DNA of 29,701 nt from a virus. Lineage: Duplodnaviria > Caudoviricetes. The position numbers and the translations under genes were made by a program. Position 1 is the stretch's first letter; each line of letters starts with the position of its first letter. A model generated the notes under the pieces. The model was not told the origin of the DNA. It did no database searches and was given only the letters and a program-made list of their open reading frames with translations. Shown one piece after another: positions 7,747 through 16,083 of this stretch. Where the stretch lies: positions 1-29,701 of the IMG/VR virus record IMGVR_UViG_3300038974_000405. One strand, written 5' to 3'.

Positions 7747-8712
7747 GTGTCAAAATTAAATAAAAAAATTAAAAAACCAAATTATTTTTCTGAAAAAGAT
7801 ATTGTAAATTTAGTAAGTGATTATAAAATAAATAAAAATAATATTACTTTTCAAAAAATGTCAAAACCAATAGAACAAATGATTGAAGGTATGATTAATA
7901 AAGAATTTTATTTTAACGATATTGTTAAAAATAATAAATCAGATATTAAATCAGAATGTTTTGTTGAAATATTAAAATCATTAGAAAATTACGATCCTGA
8001 AAGGGGTCGTGTATTTGCATATTTAAATAGAATAGTAAAAAATACAATATTGCGCTGTTATAATAAAAATAAAAAAATAAATAATAAAGAAATGACATAT
8101 ACTAATTTTTCAAAGAATCAAAATGAAGAAATTGACGATGATATTGTATTAAACTTAGGAAGCTATGATTATCATAATGAAGAAACATTTTCAGAACAAG
8201 AAACTATTCAATCGATTGGTTCAAAAAAGTCTTTATCTTCTCAAGAATCATATTATGTTATTTATCATTATATTAAACAATTGAAAGACAATATTATAAT
8301 TTATATTAATGATTCAGAATTAAGAGAGAAATTACTTGAAGATATTAAATCAGATGCAAATGTAGTTTTTGATTTTTCTAAATATTCTCAAACAAATTTA
8401 TTGACAGATAAATTAGTTTTTTCCAGAATACTATCATATTTAAATATAACTTTGTCTAAATTAATAAAATGGATAGAAAAAAATCATTTAAAATGTCTTT
8501 CTATAGAACCAATTTCATTTAATGCTAGGATTCAACAAAGAACTATTAATACGATTAAAAACTATGTTAATGAATTTATTTCTCATAGCAAATTAACTAG
8601 TTACTATTCTATTGAAGATATGATACAATTAATAAGATATATCATGGATAGAAATATAAAATACGACATAGTAGCGGGTGATATTGTTGTTGCAGAAGTA
8701 CAACTTGATTAA
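7747..8712 (+). CDS. phage RNA polymerase sigma factor (gp55-like, region 2)
   Basis: NYFSEKDI...DIKSECFVEILKSLENYDPERGRVFAYLNRIVKNTI matches the sigma region 2 / T4 gp55 pattern. Start reassigned from TTG 7717 to GTG 7747 because of SD GGGGGA at 7734-7739. Confidence 0.72.
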   Translation: MSKLNKKIKKPNYFSEKDIVNLVSDYKINKNNITFQKMSKPIEQMIEGMINKEFYFNDIVKNNKSDIKSECFVEILKSLENYDPERGRVFAYLNRIVKNTILRCYNKNKKINNKEMTYTNFSKNQNEEIDDDIVLNLGSYDYHNEETFSEQETIQSIGSKKSLSSQESYYVIYHYIKQLKDNIIIYINDSELREKLLEDIKSDANVVFDFSKYSQTNLLTDKLVFSRILSYLNITLSKLIKWIEKNHLKCLSIEPISFNARIQQRTINTIKNYVNEFISHSKLTSYYSIEDMIQLIRYIMDRNIKYDIVAGDIVVAEVQLD

Positions 8713-9331
8713 TAGAAATAAGACTAATATAAATATAAAAACAATTAATACTGCAATAGATATTTATAATTCGAATTTATATAAATTTACAAATAGTCCT
8801 ATAGGAAGAATACCAAAAATAAAAGAAGATTTTAATAAAATTTCTTCAAAAAAATTTATGTCATTAGAAGAATATTTAAATAGTATTCCATTATGGAATC
8901 AAATAGATAAATTTTTAAAAGATTTACCAAATGATATTAAAATATATGATTATATTAACATGTTTTTTAAAAACTGGAATGACATTGCAACTAGATTAAA
9001 TTTAACAAAATATAAAAAACCTATTGCTAGAATAATTTTTTCTAGTAAAATGATATATTTATATTCTAAATATAAAGAAAAAGATGAAAAAGTTAAAGTT
9101 TTAAATAAACACTTAAATGCTAAAAAAGATGATAATTTTTATCGATTAACACCATCATTACAAAGTAATGTTAATAGCTTATTTAAGTTAAAAAAATTAA
9201 ATCCAGATTTAAAATATAAAGAAATAATTTCATTATTTATTGGTGAATTTGAAGAAGAATTTATTGATAAAGTTAATGCTTTAAAAGAAGAAGATATTAA
9301 TATTGATATGCTTTCAGAATTATTTAGTTAA
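8678..9331 (+). CDS. hypothetical protein upstream of helicase
   Basis: 217-aa basic, helical-looking ORF; helicase-loader role is only a positional guess. Confidence 0.7.
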   Translation: MILLLQKYNLINRNKTNINIKTINTAIDIYNSNLYKFTNSPIGRIPKIKEDFNKISSKKFMSLEEYLNSIPLWNQIDKFLKDLPNDIKIYDYINMFFKNWNDIATRLNLTKYKKPIARIIFSSKMIYLYSKYKEKDEKVKVLNKHLNAKKDDNFYRLTPSLQSNVNSLFKLKKLNPDLKYKEIISLFIGEFEEEFIDKVNALKEEDINIDMLSELFS

Positions 9332-9354
9332 AAGATAGAGGAGTGTGCTTTTAA

Positions 9355-10710
9355 TTGGCTGAAACATTTGGCTGGCAGCCAGATACTTTTTCGTTTTCAC
9401 CAGAATTCCAAAAACAAATTGTTACAGCTATGATACAAGAGCCAAAAATTTTTGAAAAACTTGGTTTACTAACAGATCCAGCTTTTTTTGAAATTAGAGA
9501 TTTAAGTATTATATTTAAAGGTTTACAAAGTTTTTATGAAGAATATAGAGGAATGCCCACTAAAGAAGCATTAGGAGATTTTTTACAAAAAACATACACA
9601 AATGAAAGCATATTTGAAAACATTAATGAATTATATGAAAAAAGAAATATTGCTTCATCAACATTGCAATATATTGAAGAAAATGTAAGAAATTTCATAT
9701 CTTGTCAAGCTATTAAAAAAGCTGTTTATGAATCTTTAGATGATTTAGGTGATATTGCAAAACATCAAAACGTTAAAGATAGGATAGAAAAAGCTTTAAC
9801 AATTGGCGCTTCATTGGATGATTTAGGTATGGATGTTTATGATGATGACGAAATACTTGATAGATGGATTAAAAGAAAAGAACAAAGTGACGTTAAAAGA
9901 ATAGATTCTGGTTGGACTTGGTTTAATGAAGTTTTTGGTGGTTATGGAGAAGGTGAATTATTCACTTTCATGGGACCAGCTCATAGTGGTAAATCTATGT
10001 ATTTAGTTAATGTTGGTGCTAATTGTTTACTACAAAAACTTAATGTTCTTCACATAACATTAGAAATGTCAGAAGAAATAACTGCTCAAAGATATGATAT
10101 GAGATTACTTGGATTAAATAAAACAGATTTAAAAACTACTAAAGCAAATTCTAAACTTAAAGAATTGTTAGAACAAAGATTAGGTAGATTAATAATTAAA
10201 CGTTATCCATCTGGAGTTGCAACTGCAGCAGATATTAGCACATTTATTAGAAGGATTGAAACTACTAAAGGATTTAAACCTGATATATTAATTATTGATT
10301 ATGCTGATATTATGAGATCAACTCAAAAATATAATGATAGAAGATTTGAGTTAGATTCTATTTATCAGCAAATTAGAAATATTGGAATAGAATTTAAAAT
10401 ACCAGTTGTTACAGCCACTCAACTTAATAGATCATCATTATCTAAACTTGAGTCTGGTGGAATATTAACAGAAGAATATATAGCAGAATCGTATGGAATA
10501 GCAAGAATTGTAGATTGCGGTGTTACTATAAATGCTACGCCAGCTGAAAACGCAAATAATACAAGTGTTCTTTATGTTTTTAAAAATAGATCAGGAGAAA
10601 CTGGAGAACAACATAGAATGTTTGTTGATTTTACAAAAGCGTTGGTAAGAGAATGGACAGCAGATAGCACAACAATTAAGAAAGCTATTTCAAAAAAGAA
10701 GACAGTTTAG
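9355..10710 (+). CDS. dnaB: replicative DNA helicase (DnaB / T4 gp41-like)
   Basis: Walker A GPAHSGKS, HITLEMSE, IIDYADIM, VVTATQLNR, KNRSG. Confidence 0.95.
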   Translation: MAETFGWQPDTFSFSPEFQKQIVTAMIQEPKIFEKLGLLTDPAFFEIRDLSIIFKGLQSFYEEYRGMPTKEALGDFLQKTYTNESIFENINELYEKRNIASSTLQYIEENVRNFISCQAIKKAVYESLDDLGDIAKHQNVKDRIEKALTIGASLDDLGMDVYDDDEILDRWIKRKEQSDVKRIDSGWTWFNEVFGGYGEGELFTFMGPAHSGKSMYLVNVGANCLLQKLNVLHITLEMSEEITAQRYDMRLLGLNKTDLKTTKANSKLKELLEQRLGRLIIKRYPSGVATAADISTFIRRIETTKGFKPDILIIDYADIMRSTQKYNDRRFELDSIYQQIRNIGIEFKIPVVTATQLNRSSLSKLESGGILTEEYIAESYGIARIVDCGVTINATPAENANNTSVLYVFKNRSGETGEQHRMFVDFTKALVREWTADSTTIKKAISKKKTV

Positions 10711-10714
10711 ACAA

Positions 10715-10743
10715 TTTACAATTTCTCAATTTTGTGTTATAAT
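10715..10743 (+). promoter_or_regulatory. sigma70/sigmaA-type promoter with extended -10
   Basis: TTTACA (10715-10720), 17 nt, TATAAT (10738-10743), preceded by TGTG-n. Confidence 0.8.
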
Positions 10744-10776
10744 ATATCTATAGAATTAATCTAGGAGGTTGATTAT

Positions 10777-11265
10777 ATGTCTATTGAAAAATATGCTATG
10801 GCAGCAAAAAAGAAGAAAGAAGACAAGAAAAAGAAGAATGAGAAAGAAGCAAAAATTCTAAAAGAAAAATATTTTTCAAATAAGACAGAAGATAATTCTG
10901 AAGTTCCAACAGTGACAGCTGAAGCTAAAAAAAGAGGAAGAAAAAAGAAGACTGTAGAAGTTGAAACTGATGGAATGCACTCTCCTAGAAAAAGAGCCCC
11001 AAGAGGAAGTAAACCTAAAAAAAAGTATTTTGAAGATTACGGTTTTCAATATGTAGCTAGTAAAATTATTTTTAGAATAATGAATGAAGATGGAACATAT
11101 GAAGATGTTTATAAAGAATTTGAAATTGATGTTACATTTAATGCTTATGGTAAAGTTAATTCAGTTATGATTTTTCAAGAAAAAAAATACAAAATTACTG
11201 AAGTAATTACAACTGAAAGCTATTTAACTTTTGTCATTGAACCTTATTTTGAAAAAGTAGATTAA
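10777..11265 (+). CDS. hypothetical protein with basic, disordered N-terminus (possible DNA binder)
   Basis: SD AGGAGGT; K-rich N-half containing KKRGRKKK and RKRAPRGSKPK; compact beta-rich C-domain. Confidence 0.75.
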   Translation: MSIEKYAMAAKKKKEDKKKKNEKEAKILKEKYFSNKTEDNSEVPTVTAEAKKRGRKKKTVEVETDGMHSPRKRAPRGSKPKKKYFEDYGFQYVASKIIFRIMNEDGTYEDVYKEFEIDVTFNAYGKVNSVMIFQEKKYKITEVITTESYLTFVIEPYFEKVD

Positions 11266-11288
11266 ATTTAGAAGGGAATGTTTTATGA

Positions 11289-11651
11289 GTGTTTAAATCA
11301 GGAGATATAGTATTTTTATCTAATATAGAAACGAGTCATACAATAGAAGTAATAGTAGAAGTTAAAGATTTTAAAGATAATGAAATTATTTCAGAAAAAT
11401 TTTTAACGATACATAAAATTTATCAAGGTAATGGTGAACTTGGTTATCAAGGTTTGCCAGATGGTGGTTTAATTTCTAATAAATCAGTTCTATCTAATGC
11501 ATCTATAGGAGAAATTCATTTTAATTTGAATAGATTTGATATGTATGGATTAGTAAAGAATACTGAAATTCTAGATCAATTTAAAAAGACAACATCTTCA
11601 ATTATTCAGCCTAATGGCATTAATCCACCAAAGAAAGGTCTTATAGCGTGA
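11289..11651 (+). CDS. hypothetical protein (possible small beta-barrel)
   Basis: 120 aa, GTG start, fills the operon and overlaps the next gene by 4 nt. Confidence 0.7.
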   Translation: MFKSGDIVFLSNIETSHTIEVIVEVKDFKDNEIISEKFLTIHKIYQGNGELGYQGLPDGGLISNKSVLSNASIGEIHFNLNRFDMYGLVKNTEILDQFKKTTSSIIQPNGINPPKKGLIA

Positions 11652-12160
11652 TTTTAACACGATTAAAACATGAAAAAGGGGAATTTATAGAAATACCATA
11701 TAATTCAACAGCAAAAGAGAAAAAATGGTGTGAAATATATTTAGAATGCGCTAAAGTTATATCTATGGGAAGTCATTGCGTTTCTAAAAAAGTTGCAGCT
11801 TTAATAGTAAAAAATAACAGAATTATTTCAACTGGCATTAATGGAACTGCAGTAGGTCTACAAAATTGTGACGAAGTTTTTGATGAAAATCATTTTGAAA
11901 GAGAAAAACATCATGAGTGGTCTAGAATAAATGAATTACACGCTGAAGCAAATGCAATTGCTTCAGCTGCATCAGAAGGAATTAATGTTAAAGACGGAGT
12001 AATGTATGTAACACTTTCACCATGCACTGATTGTTGTAAATTAATTTCTGCAGCTAAATTATCTGCTATTTGTTTTGAAGAATTATATGATTTAGACACT
12101 GATGGTTTAAAAGCATTAATAAATGCAGGTATAGAAATTATTAAAGTAAAAAGGAGATAA
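11648..12160 (+). CDS. dCMP deaminase
   Basis: SHCVSKKVAALIV, IISTGING, HAEANAI and TLSPCTDC zinc-deaminase motifs. Confidence 0.95.
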   Translation: MILTRLKHEKGEFIEIPYNSTAKEKKWCEIYLECAKVISMGSHCVSKKVAALIVKNNRIISTGINGTAVGLQNCDEVFDENHFEREKHHEWSRINELHAEANAIASAASEGINVKDGVMYVTLSPCTDCCKLISAAKLSAICFEELYDLDTDGLKALINAGIEIIKVKRR

Positions 12161-12169
12161 AAATAAAAT

Positions 12170-12985
12170 ATGCCAAAAAAAGAATTAGATTTGTCATTTT
12201 TAATTCAACCTGTAGAAGAATTTGAATTGCCTTCTAGAGGTTTGCATTATGAAGATTCTATATTAAAGAAAGGTAAACTTCATTGTAGACCTTGGGTATC
12301 AACAGATGAAAAGCTAATTGATAAGTTTAATAGAGGAAATTTCTATGATATTCTTAAAAGATTAGTTAAAAATGTTTTAGAAGAAAAAATAGATGTTGAT
12401 GAATTAACTACTGGAGATTTTTTCTATTTGCTTAATATGATTAGATCTATTAGTTATGGATCTGTTTATATGATTAAAAGAACATGTCCATCATGTGATT
12501 CTAATATTACAGTTCCTGTAGATCTTTATGATTTTCCTATTAAATTTCTAGAAGATGAATCAAAAGAACCATTTGAAGTTACATTACCAAAAAGTGGAAT
12601 TATTATTAAATATAGATTACCTAGACTTAGAGATTCAATTGAAGCTACTGAGAAATCTCAATTTGAAGCTAAAAGATTAGGAGTATCAATAAGTCCTGAT
12701 TCTTACAAGATGGTTAGATGCATCGAAGAAATGACTCTACCTAATAAAGAAAATACTATTTTAACACAAAAAGACGATTTTGCAGTAATGCTTCATAAAA
12801 TTTGGCCTATTATTCAAGGTATTGATATTCTAAAATTCAGAAGCGAAATTGATAAGCATGATCATGGAGTAGTTGAGAATATTGAAATAAAATGCCCTGA
12901 ATGCGAATCTAAATTTGAACAAGGACCGGTTCTAACTTACGAATTTTTTCGACCTAGCAGTGGAGGATCCGAACTTAATAGTTAA
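12170..12985 (+). CDS. baseplate hub assembly / tail chaperone (T4 gp26-like)
   Basis: FELPSRGLHY, GDFFYLL..IR..SYG, two CxxC (CPSC, CPEC), TLPKSG, C-terminal FFRP. Confidence 0.82.
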   Translation: MPKKELDLSFLIQPVEEFELPSRGLHYEDSILKKGKLHCRPWVSTDEKLIDKFNRGNFYDILKRLVKNVLEEKIDVDELTTGDFFYLLNMIRSISYGSVYMIKRTCPSCDSNITVPVDLYDFPIKFLEDESKEPFEVTLPKSGIIIKYRLPRLRDSIEATEKSQFEAKRLGVSISPDSYKMVRCIEEMTLPNKENTILTQKDDFAVMLHKIWPIIQGIDILKFRSEIDKHDHGVVENIEIKCPECESKFEQGPVLTYEFFRPSSGGSELNS

Positions 12986-13178
12986 TATGTTGTCAGTGTA
13001 TAACAAAATAACTGAATGCATTGAACAAGAAATATTTGATATTTGTTATTATACTAAAGTAGGATTTTTAGATGCTTCATTAATGTCATTTTTGAATAGA
13101 AGATTTTGGTTAAAATCAATAAATAAAAAATTAGAAGTAAATAAACCAGATAATATTATTAATTCTGCGGACTTTTAA
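12960..13178 (+). CDS. small gp51-like chaperone partner (alternative ATG at 12987, or frameshift extension)
   Basis: EQEIFDICYY..GF.D..LM....RRFWL pattern; sits between the gp26-like gene and the tape measure. Confidence 0.65.
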   Translation: MEDPNLIVNMLSVYNKITECIEQEIFDICYYTKVGFLDASLMSFLNRRFWLKSINKKLEVNKPDNIINSADF

Positions 13179-13196
13179 AAGTCCGCATTTTTTTTT
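13166..13196 (+). terminator. Rho-independent terminator
   Basis: Perfect 22-bp palindrome TGCGGACTTTTAAAAGTCCGCA followed by T9; overlaps the stop codon of the upstream ORF. Confidence 0.88.
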
Positions 13197-13253
13197 AAAA
13201 TTAAACTTAAATTATAACGTTATACAATTGTATTTTTAGGAGCTGATTAAAAA

Positions 13254-16070
13254 TTGGCTGAAACAAATTTAATTGCAGCAATAGAAAAATTACTTAATAA
13301 AAAATTTAGCGATAAGAAAGTCTCAGCTACAGACATTATAAAAAAATATGAAAATTTAACTGGAAATAAATTTGAACTAGATGATGTGAAAGAAGAAATT
13401 TTAGATTTTGTTATTTATGCTAAAGAAAAAATAATAGAATTTACAGATAAAACTGTATATTCCGCTGAAAAATTAGAAGATTCTTTTAAAAAAATAAGTA
13501 ATGTAAATTTAGATAAGTCTTTGCAAATGACATCTAATTCTTCAATTGAATTGTTAAGAACTAGTTTTAGTAAAATAAATAATATAGTTGTTTCATCTAC
13601 TAAAAGTATGTTTACTTATGGAACTAATATTATAAAAGGTTTTTTTAGCGACATTTCTAAAAAAACAGATTCAATGCTATCAAATATATTTACGCCTTTA
13701 AAAAATATGTTAGCTACTGTTTTAGTACCTTTTAAAATGATAGGAACTTTTTTCTCTGGTATGAAAACATTATTTTCTACTGGCATAAAAGGATTATTTG
13801 GTGGAGATTTATTTACTAGTGAAAAAGATGAAAAAGATAATGATAGAGCTGGAATAACTAAAAAAGTTTTAGGTGAAAATTTAATTTTAAAACGAACTTC
13901 TGTTGGTATTGCAATTGCATGGTTATGGAAACAAATGAATAAAAACGGTAGTGGAGGTTTAGGAGGAGCAAATTCTAGCGATGGTATATTAGAAACTGCT
14001 AAAGATATTGCATTATTAACATCAGCTGGAGGAATAAAAGGTTTTCTAAAAAAAATTGGTTTATTTACTTTTAAAGCTGCTGGGGCTGCAGGTTTAGCTT
14101 ATAGTTTATTTAATGTTGGATCTAATGTTTATGATTATTTTAATGAAACTAATCCCGAAAAAAAGCAAACTGCAGGTGAAAAAACGTTAGGTAGCGGTGC
14201 TGTGACAGCTGCTTCAATGTCATTAGCTTTAATACCTGGAGTTGGTTTACCTGCTGCTATGATAGTTTCAGGTATAGCCAACGCTTTAATGACTCCTGAA
14301 ATGGAAGAAAAAATAGGAGAATCTATTCTTTATGTTTATAATGGTGCTATTGATTTAGCTAAAAGAGCTTGGGAAGCTATACCAACATGGGAAGAATTTA
14401 AAACTTCTATTTATGAAGGTTATGATAAATATATTGGTAAACCATTAGGAGATTTAGGAACTAATATATCTAACTGGTTATCAGGTATAAGAAATAAAAT
14501 AAGCACTTGGTGGGATGGCGCTGTTAAATGGTGGGATAGTTTATGGGAAGAATTTAAAACTTCTATTTATGAAGGTTATGATAAATATATTGGTAAACCA
14601 TTAGGAGATTTAGGAACTAATATATCTAACTGGTTATCAGGTATAAGAAATAAAATAAGCACTTGGTGGGATGGCGCTGTTAAATGGTGGGATAGTTTAT
14701 GGGAAGATTCTAAAACTATAGAGCAAAAAAAGAATGATCATTTAGAAGATTTAGAAACTGCTTTTGATCCTTATAATTTGAGCAAAAACAATCAAAAAAT
14801 TTCTGAAGAAATTGCATTAAAAGAAAAAAACGCATTAGAATTAGGAAATGCTGTATTAAAAAAAGAACTTGAAATAACAAAACAAACAGCTTCTAATATG
14901 GAAGAAAAAAATCAAATAGATAAGAATATTAATGAATCTGTAGTTAAATTTTCAGAAACTGCAGAAAATTTAAATAAACCATTAAAAGATTTTACTGAAG
15001 AAATTAAAAGAAATACTGAATTATCAGCTACTAGTAGTTTTTTTAATAATGTTTCAAAAGCTTTATCGGGTTCTGGTGGAAGAGTTGGCAGCTCAGGTAG
15101 CGGAGGAACATATACTGGTAGCTATTCTACTCCATTAATATCGGCTACTGGTAGTATTATGTTTACGCAAGGAAGATTAAAAGGTAAAAAATTTGATAAT
15201 TTTGAAGATGCATTAGCTACTTTAATTTCAAGAAGCGAAGGCGGATTTTCATCTGTTAATAGAAATGATTCTGATTCTGGAGTATCTTTAGGTTTTGGAC
15301 AATGGAATAGTGAAAGAGCTAGAGATTTATTATTAAGAATGCAAAAACAAGATCCTAATAGTTTTAATTCTATGATGGGTGAAAGACTTGTTAAAGCATT
15401 GGAAGATCCTTCTAGATGGGCAACTGGTAAGGGAACACATAAATACGCGTTTTCTATAGATGAACAGCGCGCTTTTGCAAAATTAGCTTCTAGAGGAGAT
15501 ATGCAACAAGTACAAGTTGAAAAAATGAGACAAGATATGAAAACATATTTTGCAGAAACTGATAAACTAAAAATTACTGATATGAGAGCTAAAATGTTTT
15601 TTGCAGATTTAAGACATCAATATGGTTTAGGAGGAGCTAAAAAACTTATTGGCGACTCTAGAACATTAGAAGATATGTATGAAAGAGTAAAAAATACTCA
15701 GTATAGTAAAAGAAGAGGAGAGGTATATAGAGATTTATTAAGTTTACAAGAATTAGAGAAAAAAACTAAAGAGGTCGAAGTAAAAGCGCATAAAGTAGAA
15801 CCTGTTAATATTCAAAATAAAGAAGCAGAAGAACGAGGTAAAACATATAAAACTTTAGCAGAAGCTGTTTCTAAATTACAAATTTCTTTTGATAAAAGCG
15901 CCAAAAAAGATGATGCTAATATTACAAAAATACAAACAACAGATAATTCTACCGTTATTAGCAATTCATCTCAAGATGATTCAGATAGAATACCAAATCA
16001 AATTATGAGTTATGTTTTTGGCGTTAATGCTGGTGGAAATGATACTTTAAATATATTAGGTTCTGAATAG
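13254..16070 (+). CDS. tape measure protein with lysozyme-like domain
   Basis: 938 aa, helical with periodic W/F, Gly/Ala-rich hydrophobic segments; SRSEGGFSSVNRNDSDSGVSLGFGQW muramidase-like motif; first gene of the baseplate operon; SD AGGAG. Confidence 0.8.
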   Translation: MAETNLIAAIEKLLNKKFSDKKVSATDIIKKYENLTGNKFELDDVKEEILDFVIYAKEKIIEFTDKTVYSAEKLEDSFKKISNVNLDKSLQMTSNSSIELLRTSFSKINNIVVSSTKSMFTYGTNIIKGFFSDISKKTDSMLSNIFTPLKNMLATVLVPFKMIGTFFSGMKTLFSTGIKGLFGGDLFTSEKDEKDNDRAGITKKVLGENLILKRTSVGIAIAWLWKQMNKNGSGGLGGANSSDGILETAKDIALLTSAGGIKGFLKKIGLFTFKAAGAAGLAYSLFNVGSNVYDYFNETNPEKKQTAGEKTLGSGAVTAASMSLALIPGVGLPAAMIVSGIANALMTPEMEEKIGESILYVYNGAIDLAKRAWEAIPTWEEFKTSIYEGYDKYIGKPLGDLGTNISNWLSGIRNKISTWWDGAVKWWDSLWEEFKTSIYEGYDKYIGKPLGDLGTNISNWLSGIRNKISTWWDGAVKWWDSLWEDSKTIEQKKNDHLEDLETAFDPYNLSKNNQKISEEIALKEKNALELGNAVLKKELEITKQTASNMEEKNQIDKNINESVVKFSETAENLNKPLKDFTEEIKRNTELSATSSFFNNVSKALSGSGGRVGSSGSGGTYTGSYSTPLISATGSIMFTQGRLKGKKFDNFEDALATLISRSEGGFSSVNRNDSDSGVSLGFGQWNSERARDLLLRMQKQDPNSFNSMMGERLVKALEDPSRWATGKGTHKYAFSIDEQRAFAKLASRGDMQQVQVEKMRQDMKTYFAETDKLKITDMRAKMFFADLRHQYGLGGAKKLIGDSRTLEDMYERVKNTQYSKRRGEVYRDLLSLQELEKKTKEVEVKAHKVEPVNIQNKEAEERGKTYKTLAEAVSKLQISFDKSAKKDDANITKIQTTDNSTVISNSSQDDSDRIPNQIMSYVFGVNAGGNDTLNILGSE
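14387..14707 (+). repeat. perfect in-frame tandem duplication, 2 x 156 bp plus 9 bp
   Basis: Copies start at 14387 and 14543 and are identical by eye; ATGGGAAGA recurs at 14699. Confidence 0.95.
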
Positions 16071-16083
16071 GAGTTTATCTTTT

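Noticed and set aside
14387-14707. 156-bp repeat as a CRISPR array or DGR template/variable pair
   Set aside because: No spacers, no adenine-specific mismatches, no reverse transcriptase in the window; it is an in-frame tandem duplication.
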